Of a stretch of DNA of 64,000 bases, positions 28,049-37,023 are shown in pieces; within the stretch, counting starts at the first letter, position 1, and every line of letters begins with the position of its first letter. Origin of the DNA: Candidatus Caenarcanales bacterium (lineage in GTDB: Bacteria; Cyanobacteriota; Vampirovibrionia; LMEP-6097). The position numbers and the translations under genes are program-made. The stretch spans positions 368 through 64,367 of the forward strand of contig JAKVAO010000003.1 of assembly GCA_022447685.1 (NCBI GenBank), read 5' to 3'. Below the pieces are notes generated by a model. The model made no database searches. It had not been told where the DNA came from and was given only the letters and a program-made list of their open reading frames with translations.

Positions 28049-30876
28049 TAAAATACTAGGCTTTTTACTTTCTCAACGGCTTCTTTGATCTTACTTGGAT
28101 CTTTGGCTCCAGCTTGAGCGAAGTCAGGTCTTCCGCCACCGCCGCCTTTGCATATAGCTGCAGCTTCTTTTACTACTGCATTCACTCTGTATTTATCTTC
28201 TTTTGCTAAATTTTTCGAGCAAGAACCAAGTAAAACTACTTTTCCTTGGAATTCACTAATGAAAAATAGCCATGCTTCATGATTTTCTGACTCGATTTTA
28301 GTTTTGAGATCACTTGCAAGTTCTTTAATAGTATCTGCATCCAGTCCAGAATCAAAAATTTCATTCAAATGACAAATTATATATTTTCTATTTTCTTGAC
28401 TATGTGCCTTCGCTAATATTTTGTCTAAGCTTTCTCTTGCTTTGTTTAGTAATTCAGCTTTAGCTTTTTTTGCAGCTTCTTTTTCTTCTGCTTTTCTTTT
28501 TTGTTCTGCAGCCTCTGCTTCTTTTTTGGCTTGCTCTTCTTGAAGCCATTTCTCTGCCTGGCTTTGAGCAAAGAGTTTGATTCTTCTAATACCAGCAGCG
28601 ACAGATGATTCACTAGCAATCTTTACAAGTTCTATTTCTTTAGTATTGGCAACGTGAGTACCACCACAAAGTTCCATTGAGGCATTTTCAGAGTCATTGC
28701 CCATCTTGAGAACTCGAACATTACCTTCGTATTTATCTTCGAAGAAGGCAAGGGCTCCCATCTCTATAGCTGAATCAAAATCAGTTTCTACAGTACTAAC
28801 AGGCATTGCTTGTTTTACCCAGTCTTGAATTTGATTCTCTATATCTTTGATTTCTTCAGCTTTTAAAGCTCTATCAAAATTAAAATCAAATCTGGTATAT
28901 TCTGAACCAACTTGCGAACCTGCTTGTTGGACTGAATCTCCAAGAATCTTTCTTAAGGCTGATTGCAATAAGTGACAAGAACTATGATGAATTTTGCTTA
29001 GTTCTCTTTCTTCTTTATTTATTTGAGCCGTGACTTTATCACCTTTCTTAAGAATAGACTCAAGTTCAGAAGAAACAGTATCTTTAGGGACTTTAAGGCT
29101 GATGAAATGAAGGTATCTAGCTTCTTTGGCTTTTACGTTACTAACTTTTATTAACTGACTTAGGGAAAATTCAGAATTAGAGTTTTTAGACTTACTATCA
29201 AGATTTTCTTTGATAATAAATCCTTTATCAGCTAACTGACCACCTGATTCAGCGTAGAAACTGGTTTTGTCCAGTAGGACTTTGAAGGTGAAATTATAGA
29301 AATTATCTTCTGTTGAAGTTGAATTGATTAACTCAGAGATATTTATTGAATCAATTTCTTGGTTGGTGTCGTTGAAGATAGCAAGAACTTCAGCTCGATT
29401 CTCATATAGATCATAGCCAAGAAATTCAGTTTCTGGGTATTCAAGTAATGCTTTAATTAAGTCTTGTTCTGCAACAGCCGAGTTGTTGAAATTGTCTGAG
29501 CTAGAGGCTTTGGAGTGCTGTTCCTTAGCTTTATTGTAAGCTTCGTAGTCTATTCCTAAAGATTTCTCTTGAGCAATATCTTCTGTGAGTTCTAGTGGAA
29601 AGCCGTATGTCGAATATAAATCAAATACAAACGGGCCATCTAATAACTTAGTTTCTTTAGATCTTTCCATCTCTTCTAGTTTCTCATTTAATCTTGCAAG
29701 TCCTTTATCTATAGTCTTAGCGAAGGCTTCTTCTTCTTTCGCTAAGACTTCAATGATGGATTCTTGTTTTTGTTCAAGTTCAGAGTAAAACTGTGAGTAA
29801 ATATTAATAACTTTAGTCGCTAAGTGGCTTAGAAACTTACTTTCTTTAAGATTTAACTTGTATAAAAATCTTGCAGCTCTTCTGATAAGCATTCTAAGAA
29901 CATAACCTCTACTAAGGTTACTTGGTCTGACACCATCAGCAATTAGAAAACAAGAACATCTTAAATGATCGACTATGATTTTTAGATAACTTTGATTTTC
30001 TGAATTTGCAAAGTCTTGTTTGACTTTCTCGTTAATTTCTTTCTCTGTACATTTAATAATAGAAGCTAATTCATCTGTTTCAAAAGTATTATTTACATTC
30101 TGTTTAACAAGAGCGATTCTTTCAAGACCAGCTCCAGTATCTATATTCTTCTGAGCTAAAGGCTTCAAGTCACCTTCCTCAGTTTTCTCAAACTCCATGA
30201 AGACAAGGTTCCAGATTTCTATGAATCTATCCTCAAACTCTGGAGATTCGATTGCAGGCATAGGACCTTCACCTAGATCATAGTAGATTTCACTACATGG
30301 ACCACATGGACCGCTAGGACCTGGAGGACCCCAGAAATTATCCTTAGCACCAAATTTCCAAATACGCTTCTCTATTTCGTCATTAGGAAATTCATTTTTC
30401 AGTAGTTTCTGCCAATAAGAATAAGCTTCTTCATCGCAAGGTTTTTCTGAATCGCCTTCAAAGACAGATACATAGAGTTTACTTTTATCAAGCTCCAAAT
30501 GCTTAGTAACAAACTCCCAAGCCATAGCAATTGCTTCTTGTTTGAAATAATCACCAAATGAAAAATTCCCAAGCATTTCAAAAAAACTATGGTGTCTAGG
30601 TGTATAGCCAATATTTGCAAGATCACTATCTTTACCACCAACACGAGCACATTTTTGGATGCTCACAGCTCTAGGTGGTTCTGGTAGTTTGGCGGCACCA
30701 ATGAAATATGGTATGAAAGGAACCATACCAGCAGAATTAAGCAGTAAAGTTGGGTTATCAGGAACTAGTGAAGCACTTTTGAAAAATTTATGCTTTAAGT
30801 TTAAGTTATTGTTTCCAGCTTCAAAAAAGTTTATCCACTTTTGGCGAATATCATTACAGCTTAATTTATTCATCAC
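28048..30876 (-). CDS. alaS: alanine--tRNA ligase
   Basis: Class II core (HHSFFEMLGNFSFGDYFK), editing-domain HSSCHLLQSALRKILGDSVQQAGS, C-terminal DHHA1-like GGGGGRPDFAQAGAKD. 942 aa. Confidence 0.9.
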   Translation of the reverse strand: MMNKLSCNDIRQKWINFFEAGNNNLNLKHKFFKSASLVPDNPTLLLNSAGMVPFIPYFIGAAKLPEPPRAVSIQKCARVGGKDSDLANIGYTPRHHSFFEMLGNFSFGDYFKQEAIAMAWEFVTKHLELDKSKLYVSVFEGDSEKPCDEEAYSYWQKLLKNEFPNDEIEKRIWKFGAKDNFWGPPGPSGPCGPCSEIYYDLGEGPMPAIESPEFEDRFIEIWNLVFMEFEKTEEGDLKPLAQKNIDTGAGLERIALVKQNVNNTFETDELASIIKCTEKEINEKVKQDFANSENQSYLKIIVDHLRCSCFLIADGVRPSNLSRGYVLRMLIRRAARFLYKLNLKESKFLSHLATKVINIYSQFYSELEQKQESIIEVLAKEEEAFAKTIDKGLARLNEKLEEMERSKETKLLDGPFVFDLYSTYGFPLELTEDIAQEKSLGIDYEAYNKAKEQHSKASSSDNFNNSAVAEQDLIKALLEYPETEFLGYDLYENRAEVLAIFNDTNQEIDSINISELINSTSTEDNFYNFTFKVLLDKTSFYAESGGQLADKGFIIKENLDSKSKNSNSEFSLSQLIKVSNVKAKEARYLHFISLKVPKDTVSSELESILKKGDKVTAQINKEERELSKIHHSSCHLLQSALRKILGDSVQQAGSQVGSEYTRFDFNFDRALKAEEIKDIENQIQDWVKQAMPVSTVETDFDSAIEMGALAFFEDKYEGNVRVLKMGNDSENASMELCGGTHVANTKEIELVKIASESSVAAGIRRIKLFAQSQAEKWLQEEQAKKEAEAAEQKRKAEEKEAAKKAKAELLNKARESLDKILAKAHSQENRKYIICHLNEIFDSGLDADTIKELASDLKTKIESENHEAWLFFISEFQGKVVLLGSCSKNLAKEDKYRVNAVVKEAAAICKGGGGGRPDFAQAGAKDPSKIKEAVEKVKSLVF

Positions 30877-32854
30877 TTTCGCTATCTGTCCCTTCTTGTT
30901 CTTCCTCTAGGCGTAATTTTTCTCTTTCTTCTTTTCTTTTAGCTTCCTCTTCTCTTATCATCGCCTCAACTTTTTCTGGCATTCTTGAAGTCGCTATAGC
31001 TTCCATCTCAGAAAGAGAAAGGATATCATATTCACCGTTTTTGACTTGTTCGATAAGTTCAAATACTTCTTCTTTATCTAAGGTTTCTTTCTTTATAAGT
31101 TCTTGTGAAGTTCCAAGTAGAATTTCTTTTTTCTCCATAAGTAAACTTTTTACTTCGTGGTATAGACTTTCAATTAAGTTCTTGACTTCTTCATCTATTT
31201 TCATTGCGAACTCATCACTATAGTTCTGAGAGACGTGGTTTTGTCCAAGAAAAGAATTACCATCTCTATCACCATAGGCAACTATTCCAAGGTTCTGGTT
31301 CATACCATATCTTGTAATCATAGACCTTGCTATAGCCGTGCATCTCTCCATATCGTTAGAGGCTCCAGTGGTTACATTTTCCTTACCGAATATGATCTCC
31401 TCAGCAACTCTACCACCGAGTAAAACCATCATTTCAACTTTAAGATGCTTCTCTGAAGCTGATACTTTGTATTCTTCTTCTGTAGACCAAGTTAAACCAA
31501 GTGCCATACCACGAGGGATAATAGTAACTTTGTGGAATTCATTCGTAGATTCTTTATATATACTAACGAGTGTATGCCCCATTTCATGGATTGCAGTGTT
31601 TAACTGATCTTTAGGTTTGATAATCTTACTTCTTTTCTCAGGACCTATAGCAACTTTATCTATTGCTTCCTCAAGGTGTTTTTGGTTAATTTCTTTATCA
31701 TCTTCTCTAGCTGCAAGAATAGCTGCTTCATTAACTAAGTTCATCAAATCAGCTCCACTAAAGCCAGGAGTTCTTTTAGCAAATTGCTTCACATCGATAT
31801 CATCAGCCAAAGGCTTACCTCTAACGTGAACTCCCAGTATCTGCTCTCTTCCCGATAAATCAGGAGTATCTATAGATACTTTCCTATCGAATCTTCCAGG
31901 TCTAAGTAAAGCTTTATCCAAAACATCAGGTCTATTCGTTGCCGCAAGAACAATAATTCCAGAGTTTGGTTGGAAACCGTCCATTTCAACTAGTAACTGG
32001 TTTAAAGTTTGCTCTCTTTCATCGTTACCGCCACCAGACATACCGCTTCTCTGTCTACCAACAGCATCAATTTCATCGATGAAAACAATACATGGTGCGT
32101 TTTTCTTAGCTTGTTCAAATAAATCTCTAACTCTACTAGCACCAACACCAACAAACATTTCAACAAAATCAGAACCACTAATACTAAAGAATGGTGTGCC
32201 TGCTTCTCCAGCTACTGCTTTTGCAAGTAAAGTTTTACCGCAACCAGGAGGTCCTATTAGTAAAATACCTTTAGGTACTTTCGCGCCAAGTGCTTTATAT
32301 TTCTCTGTTCTTTTAAGGAAATCTACAATTTCTTCTAATTCTCTTTTGCTTTCAGCGATACCAGCAACATCATCGAAAGTGACATTGATGTCTTTCGTCA
32401 TCATCTTAGCTCTGCTTTTACCGAAAGACATAGGACCGCCGCCGCTAGCATTACGCAGCATGAATATAAATAAACCAAAAAGGGCTATAGGAACTATGAA
32501 GTTGGAGATGATATTAATCCAAAAACCTTCGTTAGGCTGGGCTTTTACATCTACGTCTATATTTTGATTTACCAATTTATCTGCAAGTTCCTGGTTTGCT
32601 CCAAGTATGCTTGCTGGAATTCTTGCGAAATAAACTTCTCCGCTTTTATCTTCTATCTTCGCGACATCGTCACCATTAGTCAGTTCGACTCTATAAACAG
32701 GTGTCGAGGAACCGTCCTCTGGAAGTGCTCGTTTGATAAAGTCACTATAACTTAAGATTCTTCTCTGGTTGTCTTGTCCCATTAAGCTAACTGCAAATAA
32801 TGTCAAGAATAGAATAAGAATAATCAGAGGTAGTGTAGCGGGTAATTTCTTCAT
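30866..32854 (-). CDS. ftsH: ATP-dependent zinc metalloprotease FtsH
   Basis: Two N-terminal TM helices, AAA module GPPGCGKTLLAKAVAGEAGTPFF, SRH, zinc motif HEMGHTLV, acidic C-terminal tail. Confidence 0.9.
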   Translation of the reverse strand: MKKLPATLPLIILILFLTLFAVSLMGQDNQRRILSYSDFIKRALPEDGSSTPVYRVELTNGDDVAKIEDKSGEVYFARIPASILGANQELADKLVNQNIDVDVKAQPNEGFWINIISNFIVPIALFGLFIFMLRNASGGGPMSFGKSRAKMMTKDINVTFDDVAGIAESKRELEEIVDFLKRTEKYKALGAKVPKGILLIGPPGCGKTLLAKAVAGEAGTPFFSISGSDFVEMFVGVGASRVRDLFEQAKKNAPCIVFIDEIDAVGRQRSGMSGGGNDEREQTLNQLLVEMDGFQPNSGIIVLAATNRPDVLDKALLRPGRFDRKVSIDTPDLSGREQILGVHVRGKPLADDIDVKQFAKRTPGFSGADLMNLVNEAAILAAREDDKEINQKHLEEAIDKVAIGPEKRSKIIKPKDQLNTAIHEMGHTLVSIYKESTNEFHKVTIIPRGMALGLTWSTEEEYKVSASEKHLKVEMMVLLGGRVAEEIIFGKENVTTGASNDMERCTAIARSMITRYGMNQNLGIVAYGDRDGNSFLGQNHVSQNYSDEFAMKIDEEVKNLIESLYHEVKSLLMEKKEILLGTSQELIKKETLDKEEVFELIEQVKNGEYDILSLSEMEAIATSRMPEKVEAMIREEEAKRKEEREKLRLEEEQEGTDSESDE

Positions 32855-32961
32855 AAAGTATCTTTTCTAATTTTAAGTGTAAATAGGCTTTAAAGTAAAC
32901 TTTTATCGTTAAGAAACTATAATTTTGTTTTCTAAGGGGGATATGTGTTAAATGCGAAGCA

Positions 32962-32990
32962 TTGACAGGTTGGTAGAAAAGGGGTATTAT
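32962..32990 (+). promoter_or_regulatory. near-consensus sigma70 promoter (TTGACA-N17-TATTAT)
   Basis: TTGACA 32962..32967, 17-nt spacer, TATTAT 32985..32990. Lies 46 nt upstream of ATG 33037, which has a GAGGAG RBS at 33023..33028. Confidence 0.55.
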
Positions 32991-33036
32991 CTTTGTTGAA
33001 TTAGTGGTAAGTCAAGCAACTTGAGGAGTAAAAATT

Positions 33037-33518
33037 ATGAAAGGTATTCAAGACAGTTTTGGACAAATAAGAAAATAGCAAGCGGAGAAGTTGGTGAAAC
33101 AATTACTACCAATGCTTATAAAGCCACACCAGGAATTATTAGAAACATAGGGCTGAAAGCTGAAAAGAAAGTCTTACGAGAATTAGCAACTCCTCCTGAT
33201 GAAGTTGCAATTCAATTTTCGTTAGAGAAAAGAAGAGAGCGTATCAATTCTGGTGAATCTGGAAAACTAAGTGATGATAATAAAATAGAGATAGCAGCGA
33301 AAGTAGATGATTTAAAACCTATTGATGAAAAAATTAATATATTAATAAATAAAATTATTGAACAAGGTAAAAGTACTGAAAAGCAACAGAATGAAATTAA
33401 AGATTTGATATTATCTAATCCTAATGAGTTAGATAAATTTGTCAAAGGACAATCTAGAGATGGTCAGACAATGGAATATGTAATACCCAATGGAAAGAAT
33501 AAAAAAATCCATTATTAG
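33037..33518 (+). pseudogene. frameshifted gene of unknown function (13-codon ATG ORF with strong RBS, continuing in -1 frame)
   Basis: ATG 33037 preceded by GAGGAG at an 8-nt spacing. That frame stops at 33076..33078 after MKGIQDSFGQIRK. The long ORF (33021..33518) continues in the -1 frame through an AAAA run (33072..33075). The downstream 150 aa has no recognisable domain. Confidence 0.4.
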
Positions 33519-33637
33519 ATATTAAAATTGTAAAAGGTCCGAATGATATAACTGTCGCAAACAATGTATCAATTGATCTTAATGGTTTCTACATAAAGCT
33601 TTAAAATACTAATTAAGCGAATAATTTTCTTAGACTC

Positions 33638-34010
33638 TTAACTATAATCAGCCGCTTTGCATAGCAATTCCATTTCCACCCGCCTATGGTCAGAACTATC
33701 AAAATCTTTGATACTATACTTTTCTACAAAAGTATCTTCTTTAGAACTTGGGGCAATAATATCGTGATGATACTGATTTTCTTTACCATAGGTTCCTTCA
33801 TTTAAAGCAAAAAAAGGCAAAAAACCCCTATCTTGCAGAATATTGAAAATTTTTTTATTCTCCCCTGGGAAAATATTGTTGAAGTCACCACCAAGTATAA
33901 CTCGATTTTTTCGCTTACCTCTAGATTTTGAATTTTGCTTTGCGACTTTCTTATCTAAAAATTCACTGAAATCATTTTCTTCGTTTATTAATTTGATGAA
34001 ATCCAATAAT
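33638..34010 (-). pseudogene. truncated remnant of an endonuclease/exonuclease/phosphatase (EEP) family gene
   Basis: Only the C-terminal EEP motifs are present (ILGGDFNN ... DSSDHRRV). The N-terminal catalytic half is absent, and the ORF-track N-terminus (MGFERGL) is actually encoded by the left inverted repeat of the adjacent IS. Confidence 0.5.
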
Positions 34011-34922
34011 AGACCTCTTTCGAAACCCATACTAATGTAGGTCTGGCCAAATGTGTAAATTCAGTTTAATTTGAATTTATGAGATATGAACAAGTATGTA
34101 ATAAAAAAGCAGAAGATTTTAGGCGTTTAACAGGTATAAAAAAAGAGACCTTCACAGAAATGCTGTTGATACTTAAAGAGGCAGAGATTCTCAAAATGAA
34201 AAAAAGGGGGCGACCTCACAAACTAAGCCTAGAAGATAGGCTGTTAATGGCATTAGAATATTTAAGAGAGTATCGTACATATTTTCATGTGGCAACAAGC
34301 TATGGAATATCAGAATCAAACTGTTATCAATCAATCCGTTGGATCGAAAATACTCTGATTAAATGCGGCAAATTTACTTTCCCAGGACGAAAGGAACTTC
34401 TGAAAAGTGATATTGAATATGAGGTGATTTTAATTGATGCAACTGAGTCACCAATTGAAAGACCTAAAAAAAACAGAAAAGATATTATTCTGGAAAAAAG
34501 AAAAGACATACTTTAAAAACACAAGTTGTAGTTGATCCTAAAACACAAAAAGTAATCTGTACAAGCTTTTCAGAGGGTAAAAAGCATGATTTTAAATTAT
34601 TTGAAAAATCTCAAATTAAAATCAAAGTAGAAACCAATGTCAAAGTAGATTCTGGCTATCAAGGTCTACAAAAAATTCATAATAATACGGATCTACCAAA
34701 GAAAAAAACAAAAAAGAACCCTCTAACTCCTGAAGATAAAGTTAGTAAGTCAAAGCTTGCTAGTGACAGGGTTTTGAATGAAAATGTCATAGGGAAACTT
34801 AAACGATTTAAAATTATCTCTGACAGATATAGAAATCGAAGAAAAAGATTTGGACTTAGATTTAATCTAATAACTGGAATTTATAACTTTGAGCTAAACA
34901 GGTAGGGTTTCGAAAGAGGTCT
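34011..34922 (+). mobile_element. IS5-family (DDE_Tnp_4 / Harbinger-type) insertion sequence, 912 bp, perfect 18-bp terminal inverted repeats, AAT direct repeats
   Basis: IRL AGACCTCTTTCGAAACCC at 34011..34028. IRR GGGTTTCGAAAGAGGTCT at 34905..34922 is its exact reverse complement. Flanked by AAT at 34008..34010 and 34923..34925. Internal transposase ORF present. Confidence 0.75.
34079..34905 (+). pseudogene. IS5-family DDE transposase interrupted by -1 frameshift at an A6G run
   Basis: Frame A (34079..34516) gives the N-terminal HTH part (KKRGRPHKLSLEDRLLMALEYLREYRTYFHVATSYGISESNCYQSIRWIENTL ... IDATESPIERPKK). Frame -1 from about 34495 gives the DDE part (KKKRHTLKTQVVVD ... SGYQGLQKIH ... 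RVLNENVIGKLKRFKIISDRYRNRRKRFGLRFNLI). The junction lies in GGAAAAAAG at 34492..34500. The stop codon sits inside IRR. Confidence 0.7.
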
Positions 34923-34961
34923 AATATTTAATTTTAAAGCCTGCTAGAATATTTAACTAGC

Positions 34962-35186
34962 ATGAGTTCCGGTCAAAGATATAAATTAGGTGAGATTTTA
35001 ATTAGGCTTGGTGTTCTTGATGAAGAAAAGCTGAACAAAGCTCTTGCCATCCAGGCAGATCAGGATCCTGCTGAGAAGTTCCCGATCGGAAGAATTTTGC
35101 TTGAAGAAGGTTATATAGAACCTAATGATTTGATTGAAGCAATCAAGATCCAGACAGGGCAAGCAGAACTCCCGGCACAGCCATAA
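34962..35186 (+). CDS. stand-alone MshEN / T2SE_Nter-like domain protein (putative c-di-GMP-binding)
   Basis: 74 aa with two tandem motifs KLGEILIRLGVLDEEKLNKALAIQ and PIGRILLEEGYIEPNDLIEAIKIQ. These fit the published MshEN motif RLGxx(L/V/I)(L/V/I)xxG(L/V/I/F)(L/V/I)xxxxLxxxLxxQ. No obvious SD sequence. Confidence 0.55.
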   Translation: MSSGQRYKLGEILIRLGVLDEEKLNKALAIQADQDPAEKFPIGRILLEEGYIEPNDLIEAIKIQTGQAELPAQP

Positions 35187-35190
35187 ATTA

Positions 35191-36576
35191 ATGATACTGA
35201 GTAATTCAGACCAAACTTTATACGATGAATTGAAAAATTCTAGTTACTTATCTCGTTCTAACACTACTGTTCATTACTCCAGATGCCCTGGAAGGATTAG
35301 TTTCAGTAAACACTGCGACTATGTAAATAACGATTTACTCTACATGGCTTCAGATTTCAGTATTATTGCAGCTTCTCAAGTTGAATTTAAATCTTTAGAC
35401 GCGATTCAAAACGAAGATCAAAGCAACAATAATAAATTTAAAATTCAAATCCATAACCTTAACACTAACTTTTTAGATTTCGAAACAGAATTTCATGAAA
35501 AACTTCTGAGCCAGCATAAAGAGCAATGGTATTTCTATATACTCAAGATTATTGAGCTTCTAAAAGCTAAATTTCCTGAAAATGTCAGCAATATCTCGAA
35601 AATACTACTAGTATTCAACAATAATCTGCCTCCAGCAGGTGGGATGAGCTCTTCTCACGCACTTATTTTATCCACACTACATAGTCTTAGTAATTCTTGC
35701 AAAATCACTAAATACAGCCAAATTCTCAACGACATAGACTCAGCTTCAGCTGAAGAAATCCAAGAGATACTTATTTTTTGTCAGGAAGTCGAACACGCCA
35801 AAGGCTTCAAATCAGGCTTAGGTGACCAAGCTGCTTTGCTCTTAGCTAAAAAATACAAATTTTGTTTCATCAAAATCTACCCTGAACTTCAGTATTCATA
35901 CATAGATTCACCTGAAAACCTTGCCTTTCTAATTCTACCAAGCTTGATCAAAGCTGAAAAAAGCAGTAAAGAATACCAGAATTCAGTAAAATACTTCGAA
36001 AAATACAATGAGTTGAATGATTTTTGGTTTCAAGAACTTACAGCGAATGATAGCTCTGCCTTCTTCCTCGGCGACCTACTCTATAGCCATAGCTCCGCAG
36101 ACTTATTAATAAGAATCAATGAAATAGAAGATGAGAAAATCCGCAATCTAAGCCTCTATGCTCTTGCTGAAGGCGCAAGACTTAAAGAACTCAAAGAAAA
36201 TTTCTCAGAAAATAAATTGTACAGTCATATTAATTTATCACATAGTGCCGAAATTATAGATACGAAGTATTATTCTAGGCAGGAAGAACTAGAACTTGAG
36301 TCAGATTTAAGTACACATGTAGGAGCCTATAGGTCTAGCACTGCTGTTAATGACGCTATAGCAATGAAAGCGATGAAAATAGATGGTATCAAGGCATGTT
36401 CGATAATGGGAGCTGGGCTGGGTGGCAATAATATCGCGTTAGTAGATTTTTCAAAAATTAATCAGATCATAGAAGATTTAATTAACATGTACAACAAGTC
36501 CTCGATTTTACCGAATATCAAGGAAAAACAGTTATTGATTAATACTAGTTCCAATGGACTAGAACAAATTATCTAA
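35191..36576 (+). CDS. GHMP kinase family protein (galactokinase-like), divergent
   Basis: Galactokinase-type N-terminal signature in degenerate form (PGRISFSKHCDY versus GRxNLIGEHxDY), GHMP ATP-binding motif NLPPAGGMSSSHALILS, C-terminal GHMP_C-like GAGLGGNNIALVD. Start at ATG 35191, 4 nt after the stop of the MshEN ORF; the 35134 start of the ORF-track model was rejected. Confidence 0.65.
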   Translation: MILSNSDQTLYDELKNSSYLSRSNTTVHYSRCPGRISFSKHCDYVNNDLLYMASDFSIIAASQVEFKSLDAIQNEDQSNNNKFKIQIHNLNTNFLDFETEFHEKLLSQHKEQWYFYILKIIELLKAKFPENVSNISKILLVFNNNLPPAGGMSSSHALILSTLHSLSNSCKITKYSQILNDIDSASAEEIQEILIFCQEVEHAKGFKSGLGDQAALLLAKKYKFCFIKIYPELQYSYIDSPENLAFLILPSLIKAEKSSKEYQNSVKYFEKYNELNDFWFQELTANDSSAFFLGDLLYSHSSADLLIRINEIEDEKIRNLSLYALAEGARLKELKENFSENKLYSHINLSHSAEIIDTKYYSRQEELELESDLSTHVGAYRSSTAVNDAIAMKAMKIDGIKACSIMGAGLGGNNIALVDFSKINQIIEDLINMYNKSSILPNIKEKQLLINTSSNGLEQII

Positions 36577-36654
36577 AAAATTTGCTTATCTTATCCTCCT
36601 CTTAACCTAGAAGGTAAATATAGTATCTGTAAAATTAAACAAGGGGGTAAACAA

Positions 36655-36981
36655 GTGAAGCACGAAGATTTCATTGTTGATACAAAATTAAATTCAAATT
36701 TATTACTAGAAAAATTTTTAGTAGATTGCCACGAATTAATAGACCAGAATCCAGACGATAGTTTATGCATTGCATATCTAGCTGATAGCATTGCAATGAT
36801 TTACTACCATAGAGAGTACGCAACTCTTGAGGAGTTTCTGGAAGAAAATAACGAGTTTATAGACGAAGATAAAAAAGAATGGGTAATTAACAACTGGTCA
36901 CACTTAGATCAAATGTCAGAATCTGAACGCGCAGAGTTAGTTATCGAATCTGTAAATCAAATCCAATTCTTAGTTTCATAA
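36655..36981 (+). CDS. small acidic hypothetical protein
   Basis: 108 aa, GTG start with RBS AAGGGGG 7 nt upstream, very acidic. No recognisable motif. Confidence 0.4.
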   Translation: MKHEDFIVDTKLNSNLLLEKFLVDCHELIDQNPDDSLCIAYLADSIAMIYYHREYATLEEFLEENNEFIDEDKKEWVINNWSHLDQMSESERAELVIESVNQIQFLVS

Positions 36982-37023
36982 GAATATTGAAAATTGATTT
37001 CATAGTCTCATAGTTAGGAAACT

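Noticed and set aside
31041-32755. Six plus-strand ORFs of 60-162 aa
   Set aside because: All antisense within ftsH.
33021-33036. TTG start of the 165-aa ORF
   Set aside because: A perfect GAGGAG-N8-ATG signal exists in the +1 frame at 33037, so I interpret the locus as a frameshifted gene rather than a TTG-initiated ORF.
33843-34509. Short ORFs at 33843..34040 (+) and 34327..34509 (-)
   Set aside because: The first spans the EEP remnant/IS boundary on the wrong strand. The second is antisense within the transposase.
36591-36791. 66-aa minus-strand ORF
   Set aside because: Overlaps the GHMP kinase 3' end and the small acidic protein gene on the opposite strand. No RBS.
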